From Isurus oxyrinchus (taxonomy: Eukaryota), in assembly GCA_026770705.1 (NCBI GenBank), contig JANJGN010000004.1:62930001-62994000 (forward strand): a stretch of 64,000 nt of DNA, given 5' to 3'. The notes beneath the pieces are model-generated. The model searched no databases. It was not told the DNA's origin and saw only the letters and a program-made list of their open reading frames with translations. The position numbers and the translations under genes were made by a program. Shown here in pieces: positions 20,405 to 32,059 of this stretch (positions are counted from its first letter, which is position 1; every line of letters begins with the position of its first letter).

Positions 20405-21806
20405 GTAAAGCAGCCAAATTGCAGGGCAGAGGCTACTCTATAAATATAAGATCAAACAGTCTGCCGACACAAAATAATTTTCAGTTACAGCAATCTGAGT
20501 TATTAAACTGAGGAAGGTGCAAGGAGCAGAGCCACTGAGGTTTAATGACTATTTTGTCAAGTTATGTGGATAAATCATGTATGCATCTCAAAACCATCCA
20601 TTGTGATGATTGGTCAGTGCTAAGCTTTTGTATTACGTTGGGCATTGAGAACCAGTAGTCATGAGAGGAAGAATGCAACTGTCAGTCACTTTGGTGACAG
20701 CTAGTAAGATAGGGACCGTTAAGTACATGATGCATGAAAGAATCTTTAATATAGTGAGACTGCTCATTTTGGATCTTCTGAAGACTGCTGTTGGGTTTGA
20801 ACAATTGGGGAACAACATCTATCTGGGAGAAAATCTATAAGAAGCAGTTTCCATGTTTACTTCGCAGTTTGTACTTAACACCTGAAGGTCCTTCGTCCAC
20901 CCACCCCAGGTTATGTTAACCTTTAAGAGATCAGTATAGGAACTATATTAAGACCTGAAGATTATTTAATCTTGTTACCATCCTTGTAGAGACTGATAAC
21001 TTTTTAAAAGAGATGAATTTCCCAAACGACCATTGGAAATAACTGAAGGATGACTTTTCACATTTTAAGGCTTTTACTGTAGCTATAACTTGGAGTTTTG
21101 GAATCGGGCTGGGAGGCTTTTAAAACTTGATAGCTTCCCAGTAAACAAACTACAATCAGTATAAAGACCTGAATCACAGTGAATGAAAGAGGGGAATAGT
21201 ATTCTTAAGGCTGGGAAAAATTGTTTTAAAGGGTATGAAAAGCACTGAGTAATGAAGACCAGGAATAGGCTGAAGTAAAGAATGGTGGGCTTATGTCAAA
21301 AAAATGGTATTTCTAAACATGCTTTATATATCTATATTTTAAATAGCTTGTGGTCAATTTTAAAGAACTAACAGACATGTGCTGGTTTAAATAAATTTAT
21401 TACACACTTGTTCCGAAAATATAAACGCTACCCCAGTCACACACCGCACGCTCAAGAAAGATACAATAGAAGAAGATATTTCATTTCTTCAAGGTTAAAT
21501 GAAAAGAATAGTTAACCATTCACGTGTTTGGCAGTGTTGTAGGCGATCAGTCATTGCAGGCCCAGTAAATAATCTTTTTCCACTCTTGAATTGTAGTTCA
21601 GATGGGTTCAAATAGCTGAAGCCAGATATCCTGATTATTGCAGGATTCCCTCGAAGAGGTGACTGCTCAGTAGGTCACAAAACTAGGCACTTGTGATTTT
21701 TGTTTCAGGAAGGCAAATTTCTTTACAGATGGACTTGGAGTTTTGGAATCGGGTTGGGAGGCTTTTAAAACTTTATAGCTTCCCAGTTCTTAAAAGGTAA
21801 AAATGA

Positions 21807-22962
21807 TACGAACATATGAACAAGGAGCAGGAGTAGGCTATTCAGCCCCTTGAGCCTGCTCCGCCATTTAATAAGATCATGGCTAATCTGATAGTAACCA
21901 GAAATCTGCATTCCACTGACTGCCAATAATCTATCACCCCCTTATCAAGAATCTACCCACCTCTGCCTTAAAAATATTCAAAGACTCTGCTTCCACCACC
22001 TTTTCAGGAAGAGAGTGCCAAAGACTCATGACCCTCTGAGTGAAAAAAAATTCACCTCATCTCTGTTTTAAATGAGTGACCCCTTATTTTTAAACAGTGA
22101 CTCGTAGTTATAGATTCTTCCACAAGAGGAAACATCCTCTCCACATCCACCATGTCAAGACCCCTCAGGATCTTATATGTTTCAATCAAGTCACCTCTTA
22201 CTCCCCTAAACTCCAGCGGATACATGCCTAGTCTGTCCAACCTTTCCTCATCAGACAACACACCCATTCCAGGTATTAGTCTGGTAAACCTTCTCTGAAC
22301 TGCTTCCAATGCATTTACACCCTTCCTTAAATGAGGTGACCAATATTGTACACAGTACTCCAGATGTGGTCTCACTAGTTCCCTGTACAACTGAACCCAA
22401 CTTTTGTACTCAATTCCCCTCGCAATAAATGATAACATTCTATTAGCTTTCCTAATTACTTGCTGTACTTGCATACTAGCCTTTTGTGATTCATGCACTA
22501 GGACACCCAGATCCACCTGCACCTCAGAGTTCTGCAATCTCTCACTATTTAGGTAATATACTTCTCTTTTATTCTCCCTGCCAAAATGGACAATTTCACA
22601 TTTTCCCACATTATACTTCATTTGCCAGATCTTTGCCCACTCATTTAACTTATCTACATCTGTTTGTAGCCTCCTTATGTCCTCTTCACAACTTACTTTC
22701 TTTGTGTCATCAGCAAATTTAGCAATCATCCCTTCATCCAAGCCATTTAAATAAATTGTAAACAGTAGAGGTCCCAACACTGATTCCTGTGGCATGCCAC
22801 TTATTTCATCTTGCCAACCTGAAAAAGACCCATTTATGCTTACTCTCAGCTTCCTGTTAGCCAGCCAATCTTCTGTCCATGCCAATATGTTACCCCCTAC
22901 ACCATGAGCTTTTATTTTCCACAATAACCTTTGATGTGGCATTTTATCAAGTGCCTTCTGGA
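21807..22962 (-). mobile_element. CR1 LINE, 5'-truncated RT region
   Basis: ORF 22052..23047 contains QKALDKMPH..SGMPQESVLGP..KFADDTK..LVRPHLEYCVQYWSP. Confidence 0.92.
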
Positions 22963-23583
22963 TGCTGTCTTTTCTGGAGCAGCTGGCTTGTGGGGGGTTT
23001 TCTGCAGACGACCCAGGTGTTTTCACGGTCTTTAGATTAAAACTCATTATCTCTAACTTGTTTCGATTACATGGTCAATGCTGGTATTGTTTAACCAGAA
23101 TGGTTTGGAAGTCCAAAGACATCACTATACAATAGAAGATAGGTAGTAGCGTTTCACACTTACTTTGTGGACAACTGATTTCTTCAACTCTCTTTTGTGA
23201 AACTTTGATCTTGGAGACAAGAAGTCTGGAGGTCTATTGACTTTAAGTTTTGGATAAATCACAGACATTAGTATATGCAAATTCCACAGATAACATTCGT
23301 CTGAGTATGCCCTTTCCAGGGACTGGCCCACCCAAGGTGACTTGATTAGAACTTTCCAGAAGTTTCAGATGGTCTGTGTTGAATAAGCAAAGGTCACCAT
23401 ATTCTTGGTGGCCATCTTAGTGCCTTGTGAGTGTCAATTTTAATACACAAAAGACAGTTTCAGAAGCTTCCACAAAAGTTATGAAGGGGACATACCGCTG
23501 TTTTTATGTGTTATTGTGGAATGTATTGAGTGCTGTTTTGTAATGTATATGTAATATATTTCCAACATTTTGTTTTTCTAAAG

Positions 23584-23691
23584 CTTTAACTAGTGAGGCA
23601 ACGCAGTTCGAGTCTCAGGACCAGTCGACTTTTCTTCCTCCCTGTCATGCTGATGCACATAAGCCTGAGGATGTTTATAAGTTTGAGGACC
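23584..23691 (+). CDS. POLR1E: POLR1E coding exon 7
   Basis: ctaaag|(A)LTSEATQFESQDQSTFLPPCHADAHKPEDVYKFED(L)|gtatccttt. Confidence 0.96.
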
Positions 23692-23809
23692 GTATCCTTT
23701 ACTTACTGAAAGTTGAACTTTTGCTATGTAGTCAGTTGCTCTTCACTGGTACAGTATCACCGCTTTAGAAATGGTTTAATTTGTCTTTAGGAGACTCATT
23801 GACGTTTAC

Positions 23810-24356
23810 ACACTGAAGGAGGCCATTTGGCCCATCACATCCATGCTGGTCAACAAAGATCTGACTACACTAATCCCATTTTCTAGCGCTTGGTCCATAG
23901 CCCTGGAGGCTATGACAATACAAGTGAATATCTAAACACTACTTAAATGCTACTTAAATGACTCAGCTGCCCTTTCAGGCAGTGAGTTTCAGACTCCCAC
24001 CACCCTCTGGGTGAAAAAATTTCTTCTCAACTCCCCTCTTAGCCTTCTACCTCTTACCTTAAACCTATGCCCCTTGGTTACTGACCCCTCTACTAATGGA
24101 AAAAGTGCCTCCCTGTCCACATTATCGATGCCCCATATAATCTTATACACCTCTATCAGGTCCCCTCTCAACCTTTGCTGCTCCAAGGAAAACAACTCCA
24201 GCCTATCCAATCTTTCTTCATAACTCAGACCCTCCAGCCCAGGCAGCATCCTGACAACTCTCCTTTGCACTCTCTCCAGTGCAATCATATCCTTCCTATA
24301 ATGTGGAGACCAGAACTGCATGCAGTACTCCAGTTATGGCCTAACCAGCATTTTAT
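23810..24356 (-). mobile_element. CR1 LINE 3' fragment
   Basis: ORF 23989..24321 reads QFWSPHYRKDMIALERVQRR...RNFFTQRVV. Confidence 0.88.
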
Positions 24357-25399
24357 AAATGACTTAGCTATACACAAAGTTTGTAATGTTACTATTGTGC
24401 AGTTCATGCTGTTGTGAAAAGGGTTTTAGATTTGATGTTGTGGGGCAGGGGAGTGACAAAGTATTAAAATGTATTTACAGAATAGAAACAGGCAGTTTTG
24501 GCCCAACAGGTCTGTGCCAATGTTTTATGCTGCACATGAGCCTTTACCCACCTTCTGTTCCTTGCTCCCTCATGCACTTATCTAATTTCACTTTAAATGC
24601 ATTTATGCCATTTACCTCAACTACTCCCTTGTATTAGTGAGCTCCACATTCTCACTATTCTCTGGGTCAAGAAGATTCTCCCTATTTGATTTATTAGACT
24701 CTATCCTATATATATGGCCCCTAGTTCTTGTCTAGCCTGCAAGTGGAAACATCTTGTCAATGTCTACCTTTTCAAAAACAAAATAGTGTGGCTGCTGCAA
24801 ATCTGAAATAAAAACGGAAAATGCTGGAAATGCTCAGCAGGTTTCGCAGGATCTATGGAGAGAGAAACAGTTTTGTCTTCGTTTTGGGAACTGCAGGTCG
24901 GGCTATTTCCAGGCATCACATTCCCTGCTTCTAAAAGGGAATGCATTCATCTGGTGTTTTGGTCTCCAGGAGTCATGTATGGGCTGGAGTTGGGATGCTG
25001 TCTCCCAAAGCGACAGTGGAAGTGGGCAGATGGTGAGGCCAACAGGTTAGAAAGCCCACCTCTGTTTACTGGGACATCAGCCCCATTCTATTCATGGTTG
25101 TTAGGCTGTTTAGCTGTGGCTCCTTCATATCTCCCATGGCCCCTGCATATTTTCTATGCATCTTCCATGCCCTCTCACCCAGGTACAGAACCAATGAGCT
25201 AAATAATAAAACTGGCAAATCTTTGAAATGCTCATGAAATAAGAAAAAATTAGTCCCTTTGAAAAAAATTGCCCCCCTCGCATTCTCAAAACTGTCATTC
25301 AAACACAAGCAGTAAAAGTTCTGTAGAAAGACTCTGTAATTCACTTAATATCTTCTAATCTTGTCCACATAAACAAATAGGCATTGAAAAACCACTTCT

Positions 25400-26095
25400 A
25401 AGTTAGTTTTATGTGCTTGTAATATGGTTATCAAACAAACAAAGTTAGCAGTCTCCTATGAGGTGTGTAAACATTCCCCTGCCAGGATGAATGTGTTAGT
25501 GTGTCTTGGAGGTTAGCCAGACATTCATAATGAGGCCTTCTGGCAAAATAGATGTCTGGCCATCTGTTCAGTCTGCTTTTGTTAATATACATGTCAGATG
25601 GCCTCATTATGAATGCTTGGTTGATCTCCAATCCTTTTTGCATCTTCTTCGATGCCTCTATATTTTTAATAATATGGAAACCAGACTGTTCATACTACTC
25701 TGTGTGGTCTAACCAAGGTCTACGCAAGTTAACATAACTTCGTTGCTATTCAGTTATCTCTCTAGAGATGAATTACAGAACTATGACTTTTTTATGACCT
25801 TATTAACCCATGTCCCTACTTGGTGACTTGTGGGACTCTGACCCCAGATCACTCTGTTCTCTGCTCAATTTAAATACTTAATTACCAAGGTGTATGTCCT
25901 CATTCTACTTACAAAATGTAGCGTCTCACCGTTATCTATATTGATGTTCATTTGCCAATTATCTGCCCATTCTGCCCGCTTATTAATGTTTTTTGTTGCA
26001 GTCCTCCTCTGTATTAACGACATACTCCAATTTTGTGTCATCTGCAAATTTTGAAATTGTTTTTCTGGTTCTCGAGTCCAAATGTGTTGGTAATT
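25400..26095 (-). mobile_element. Old CR1 RT fragment
   Basis: The minus strand carries degenerate KFADDTKL and WADNWQM motifs. Confidence 0.6.
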
Positions 26096-26099
26096 AGCC

Positions 26100-26298
26100 A
26101 TGGTCCATGAAGGACCATAGGCATCTGCCTCCATTAGAGAGACAATTGGTTATATATCTTGAGGGACACCACTCCACACCATGCATGGAGCAAGGCAAAG
26201 AGGCAGGCCCCCATGAACTACTACAGCTGGTACGGGGATTGAACCCGTGTTGTTGGCATCATTCTGCTCCACACTCTAGCCATCTAGCTAATTGACCC
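26100..26298 (-). mobile_element. tRNA-derived SINE
   Basis: A box-B-like gggttcaatccccg lies on the minus strand near the 5' end. Confidence 0.5.
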
Positions 26299-26849
26299 CT
26301 CAAAATGAACTGTAATCACCAGGAAACAAACCTGGTTCAGTTGCTTGAAAGATAGCTATGCTCACCCACATCATTTCAGTAAATAGCTAAAAAGAGTCCC
26401 TCAGCACCAATTTCCCAACTTAGCAGTCGGCCCAAGAAGCATTCTGCCCCCAGGAGACTCTTAAGTGGTAGCAAAACCTGTCTACTTTTATGGAGAGCTG
26501 GTGACTCTCAACCAAGTTGCAACTGCTAAGTCAGCTTCCTGCTACAGTAATTAATACCCATTCAGGCAATCAATTTCAGTTGATTCACAGATAACTGTAT
26601 TGCCAGGCGGTTTCTGTTAACTGGATATTTTAACTAGATGGTTGTTTTAAAGTTCTAAGCCAGTGTCTGACTGTTAGTCAGAATTACAGCTTAATAAATA
26701 CTTGTCAGAGAGATTCCACCTGCATCAACGCCCTGACTTAGCACTCGGCTCAAGACGCACTCTGACCACAGAAGACCCTGTGCTCCCTTATTCTATTTCC
26801 ACTAATTGGTGAGTTAGTATCTGGAGGTCTTAAATATAAGATCTTTGTT

Positions 26850-27480
26850 TCTATTTGTTCATGGGAAATTAACATCACTGGCAAGGCCAGCATTTATTGC
26901 CCTCATCCTTGATTGTTCTTGAGGAGGAGGTGGTGGTGAGCTGCTGCCTTGAACCGATGCAGTCCATGTGGTGTAGGTTTATCCACCGTACTTTTAGGGA
27001 GTAAGTTCCAGGTTTTTGTCTGAGCAACTGAAGGAACAGTGATATAGTTTCAAGTTGGGATGGTGTGTGACTTAGAAGGAAACTTGCATTGGTGGTGTCT
27101 CCATATGTCTGCTGCCTTTGTTTTTCTAAGTGGTATAAGTCGCAGGTTTAGAAGTTGCCTTCGAAGGAGCCTTGGCAAGTTGCGGCAGTGATCTTGTAGA
27201 TGGAACATACTGCTACCACTGTCTGCCAGTGGTGGAGGGAGTGAATGTTTAAGGTGATGGATGGGTGCTGGTCAAGGGGGCTGCTTTGTCCTGACTGGTG
27301 TTGAGCATCTTGAGTGTTGTTGGAATTGCACTCATCCAGGCAAATGGAGAGTATTCCATCACACCCCTGACTTGCGTCTTGTAGATGACGGACAGATTTT
27401 GGGGAGTCAGGAGGTGAGTTACTTGCTACAAAATTCTCAGCCTCTGGCCTGCTGTTGTAGACATAGTATTTATATAGCCT
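26850..27480 (-). mobile_element. LINE (CR1/L2 superfamily) 3' fragment
   Basis: The minus strand encodes YKTQVRGVMEYSPFAWMSA..LNIHSLHHW and ends in gggcaataaatgctggccttgccagtg...atgaacaaatagaaac. Confidence 0.7.
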
Positions 27481-28299
27481 TCCATCAACACCAAAAGAAT
27501 AAAGAAAAATAATGAATATTGCTGAAAAGAGACATGGTGCAAAGCTTTTCATCAGGACGAAAGCAAGAATGCCAAAATTCAAATGCTCTCTCAAATTATA
27601 CTACAGGACCAAAGAGTGCTGATTGATTTGCAAGTTAACTCTGATTGGCTGGGACATTGTCATGAGGAAAGCAACGACAGAGTATAGGCTCCCCGAGCTC
27701 CTGGGTAATTCAGAAAAGGCACAAGGCTTGAAGATATTCCTTTTGTTTGCAGAGATTGGGCTGCTGCATATGAATGTATGTCGTTTCTAGTGACATAAAG
27801 ATTTGGAGATTTTTGATGCAGAATGTTATTAGGATGCAGAATGTCCTATCAGAAACAGTGGGGAAATCAGAATCCATAATAGTTTTTAAGAGGGAAGTTG
27901 ATAAAAATTGGTAAAAATGAAACTTAAAAGGGTATGGGAAAGGACAGGGAAATGAGACTAAATGATTAACAGATTCACAAAATGCAATGGGCTGAATCTC
28001 TTGTAAGAACATAAGAAGCAGAACTTGGTATAGGCCTTACAACTTCTCGAGCTCTACCATTTAATAAGTTCAAGGTTGATCCCCAAAAGTGCCAAGTGCT
28101 GTAAAATTCTAAGATTGTGATAATTCAGTCCTGCAAAAATCCTAAAGCTGAGACTTTCTTTAAGAAATGACCACCACTTTACCTGGTTACAGCTCTGGTG
28201 GTATGGTAGTAGACAGATGGACAAAATAGTTAGGTGATTGTAGCTTGTGTCAAATTTTTTAAGTTGTCAGACTTGGGTATCTCCTTAATTCACAACAAG

Positions 28300-28393
28300 T
28301 CATCTCACCTACTGAGTATCAAGCAATCGAAGCACACTGTGCACTGAAAATTAGCAGTGCAGAAGAAATTTGCAAACTGGCACAAACTGGCAA
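28300..28393 (+). CDS. POLR1E: POLR1E coding exon 8
   Basis: acaag|(L)ISPTEYQAIEAHCALKISSAEEICKLAQTG(N)|gtaagt, compared with human LLSPAEYEAL..TSEEILK. Confidence 0.92.
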
Positions 28394-28683
28394 GTAAGTT
28401 TAGTAGACAATCTGTTGGGATGATGCTGTCAGACACAATTGCTGTAATTCTGATGCATTTAACAAAAATTTCCTGTTTAGAAGAGTACATTTTATATAAA
28501 AAGAAATCATGATCTATGCTCATCTTATAGTTCATTATGTCTGACCACTCTTAATATCTTTTGTTACATAATATTACATGCATTAAGCAAATCAAGGTTG
28601 GAAACTCTGGAGTAGCAGAGGGTAGAAAAGGTTTGAAGCACAATATTTAAGAAGTGATCTAATGCTGTTGTGTTTATTTTTAG

Positions 28684-28823
28684 CTATTCCTCCTTTGTCC
28701 TGGAATCATTGAAATCCTTACCTCAGGATGAGAAAAGTCGTGATTATAAGTGTCATTGCTTGTTTTATGTACACACTCTGATCAGATTGCACAATTTAAA
28801 AAACCACGAATTGAAGCACAAAG
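28684..28823 (+). CDS. POLR1E: POLR1E coding exon 9
   Basis: ttttag|YSSFVLESLKSLPQDEKSRDYKCHCLFYVHTLIRLHNLKNHELKHK|gtaaaa. Confidence 0.94.
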
Positions 28824-29571
28824 GTAAAATTCATCTTTCCTTCCTTTGTATTTTTGTCAGTGATGCTAAAGATTGACATGTATATTAAGTCAATTACACT
28901 TTGGAGAATTAAGAGCTTTAACATCAGTTGTGCAAAGGACAACATTCTCATTGCTTGTCTAGCATAAAAATACTAAATAGAGCCTACATTTAAATGTCAT
29001 GAGTCATGATCAAGGTCAGGAACCAGAATTTGGTCAGATTTAGAACTCTTGAATTCTACCAGTTTCAGGTGATTCAATTGAACTTTACAAGTCTTCAGAT
29101 TAATAATGTATGTGAACTTTATATTTTTTTATAGATATCAGATCCAATTTAACTTCCAATAGATTTTATTTTTATCCCGGCAAAGTTAAAATCCACTCCC
29201 GATTGTTGATAATAATAGGCAAAGACGTTTTTGTTTTGTCTCCACCATTTTGTGATGACAGTATCATTTCTGTTGTGATCAGTCTATGTTATCTGTATTA
29301 CTGCACTGTACAAAATGTTTATGAACAATTGGAAAATTACAGTTAGAAGTGCATGAACAGCTGTGCTACAGAGTGACTAAATAACAATTTTCCAGATGAA
29401 CAATTACTAAATGAATCAATGTGTGAGTAATGATTTGGCAATTTGCTCATTTTCATGAGCTTAGCTTGTGTGCTGATTTGTCAACCTTCCTGGTGCCTGC
29501 AATGTTACAGAACTGGTCACTTAACTGCGGTGGTAATAGAATGGTTTTATTGTGTCAGCTTTGCTCATATG

Positions 29572-30625
29572 ATCATAGGCAATAGGAGCAGAAGTAGGCT
29601 AAGCGGCCCATCGAGTCTGATCCGCCATTCAATAAAATCATGGCTGATCTGATAGTGGCCACCTTGCTGCCTGTTCCCCACGACCCTTGACTCCCTTGTA
29701 GATCAAAAATCTGTCTAACTCAGCCTTGAATATATTCAATGATCCAGCCTCCACTGCTCTTTGTGGAAGAGAATTCCAAAGACTAACAATCCTCTGAGGG
29801 AAGAAATTATTTCTCATCTCCATCTTAAACAGGAGACCTCTTATTTTTAAACTGAATCCCCTAGTTCTAGATTCCCCCAGGAGGGGAACCATTCTGTCAG
29901 CATCTACGCTGTCAAGCCCCCTCAGAATTTTAAATGTTTTAATAAGATCACCCCATGTTCAAACTTCAATGAATATAGTCTCAACCTGCTCAACTTTTCC
30001 TCATAAGACAAAACCTTCATCCCAGGAATCAGCCTAGTGAACCTTCTTTGAACTGCTTCCCAATATATCCAATATGCAAGTATATCTCTTTTTAACTAAG
30101 GAGGCCAAAACTGTACACAGTATTCTAGGTGTGCTCTCATCAATGCCCTCTACAGGTGTGGCAAGATTTCCCTTTTATACTCCCTCTTGCAAAAAGGCTA
30201 ACATTCCATTTGCCTTCCTATGTACTTGCTCTTTACTTGCATGCTAACTTTTGGTGATTCATGTACAAGGACACACAGATTCCTCTGTATTGCAGCATTC
30301 TGTAGTCCCTCCCCATTTAAATAATATTCTGCTTTTCTATTCTTCCTGCCAAAATGGACAACCTCACATTTTCTCTCATTATACTCCATCTGCCAAATTT
30401 TTGCCCACTCACTTAACTATCTATATCCCTTTGCAAACTCTTTATGTCCTCCCCACAACTTGCTTTCCTTACTATCTTTGTATTGTCAGCAAACTTGGCT
30501 GCAATACAATTGATCGCTTCATGTAAGTCATTAATGTAGGTAATAAAAATTGAGTCCCCAGCATTGATCCCTGTTGTACCCCAGTTGTTATGATTTGCCA
30601 ACCTGAAAATTGACCCATTTATCCT
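29572..30625 (-). mobile_element. CR1 LINE, 5'-truncated
   Basis: Motifs AKFADNTK, KCEVVHFGRKN and NFFPQRIVSLWNSLP. Confidence 0.88.
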
Positions 30626-30639
30626 GAAAAATTGTGGAA

Positions 30640-31020
30640 CACTGAGTCAGAGTTTATGGGTTCGAATCCCACTTCAGGACTTGAACATGTGATCTAGGTT
30701 GACTCTTCAATGCTTTACTGCAGAAATTCTACACTGTTAGAGATGCCATCTGTTGATGAAACATTAAATTGAGACTCCATTTGTCCATTCAGGTAGGCAT
30801 TCTGTCCAGGGGAGTTCTATCTGGCCAACATTTGTCCCTCAACCAATATCAAACAGATTTTGCTGTCATTTGCCGATTGTGAGATCATTCTGTGCACAAA
30901 ATTGGCTGTTGTTTGTTTACAGAGTAAACGTGACTGCACTTCAAAAGTAGTTCATTGGCTGTGAAGCACTTTGGGATGAACTTAAAAAATGAAAAGCGTT
31001 AAGTAATAGAAGCTTTAACT
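30640..31020 (+). mobile_element. Deu-domain SINE
   Basis: It has box B gggttcgaatccc, a gatgccatctgttgatgaaacattaaattgag Deu-like core and a gtgaagcactttgggatg tail. Confidence 0.65.
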
Positions 31021-32059
31021 TTTATAGCTCGAGGTCAGCCTTCCAATAACATGTCTCTTTTGCACTTTGTGGGAGTGCATGATGAAATGGAAGTGCTTTC
31101 AAAATGTGGATTCAGATGAAGTAGGGAGATTTGGAATTCAGCAGAGTAGTGGTGGAAGTGACTTGAAATCAATGAGTTTAGGCTGAGTTGTTGCTATTGT
31201 GAGTTGCTAATTAGTTAAATCCCAGGTCTCAAATATTGCTTCTAGTTTTAGTACCATGCAGGGCAGTCACTGAAGTACTGACGTCCTTGGTTTAAATTTA
31301 GTATCTGATCTCCAGAGCATATAATAAATGAATGCAAACTGACGTGGTCATAGTGACTGACTTTGTACTTTACAGCATGGTACCAAGAAGTTGTATTTGA
31401 ACCGTGGGATTTTCTTAATTGGAGACAAATTTTCAATAATTAAGAAAATGTCATCTCATTAATTTCCATAGTTAAGACAAAAATTGAACAACTTGCCCTT
31501 AGGAAATGTGCTCCAAAAATCAATATGTTGTTATAATTTTAATTGATTTTTGAGCAGTTTTGAATTGCCTGCTGGGAGAGATGAGAAGGGTATTTAGCAT
31601 CAGTTTAAGATCCTTCATCTAGCTGACCCAAATTTCATCCATTTAGTTTGGGCTTGAGTTCAAACCCATGTTGTTGGGTGAAAGGCTATTGTCACTGTCC
31701 TCTGCACTGGTTGCTGCTTTCACAGCCTTTTTATTACTTTAAAATATATGCTGATTTTATTGGCAAGAAAGTGTACTTGGGTTTGTGTGAATATTGTTGT
31801 AGTTTTCATAAATGTCTGGAGATTTCACATAAACATGCCCATGGGATTGAGTAAAATTCTTCAGATTTTCGTGGCTGACTCTAGATGCAGTCATCTGGTC
31901 CCTTGTCCAAAATTCAGCAGGAGAGTTCCACACTCGCATTATTCCAATGTATTATTCCCATATGCCATTCCCAATCACCCTTACTTAGAAGTTGATTCAG
32001 ATTCAGGCAGTGGATTTCTCAGTGAGCTTGTCAGGATTCAACGATGTAACAAGATTACA

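Larger units (their letters stand above)
23692..28299 (+). other. POLR1E: U12-type (minor spliceosome) GT-AG intron 7 of POLR1E
   Basis: The 5' splice site is GTATCCTTT. A branch-point-like TCTCCTTAAT sits at 28280-28289, about 10 nt before the AAG acceptor, with no polypyrimidine tract. Confidence 0.88.

Noticed and set aside
27500-27600. Additional hammerhead in another Penelope-like terminus (minus strand tcctgatgaaaagcttt)
   Set aside because: Stem II appears deleted, so a complete motif cannot be drawn.
30645-30690. tRNA gene (gggttcgaatccc)
   Set aside because: It is box B of a SINE head and no cloverleaf can be formed.
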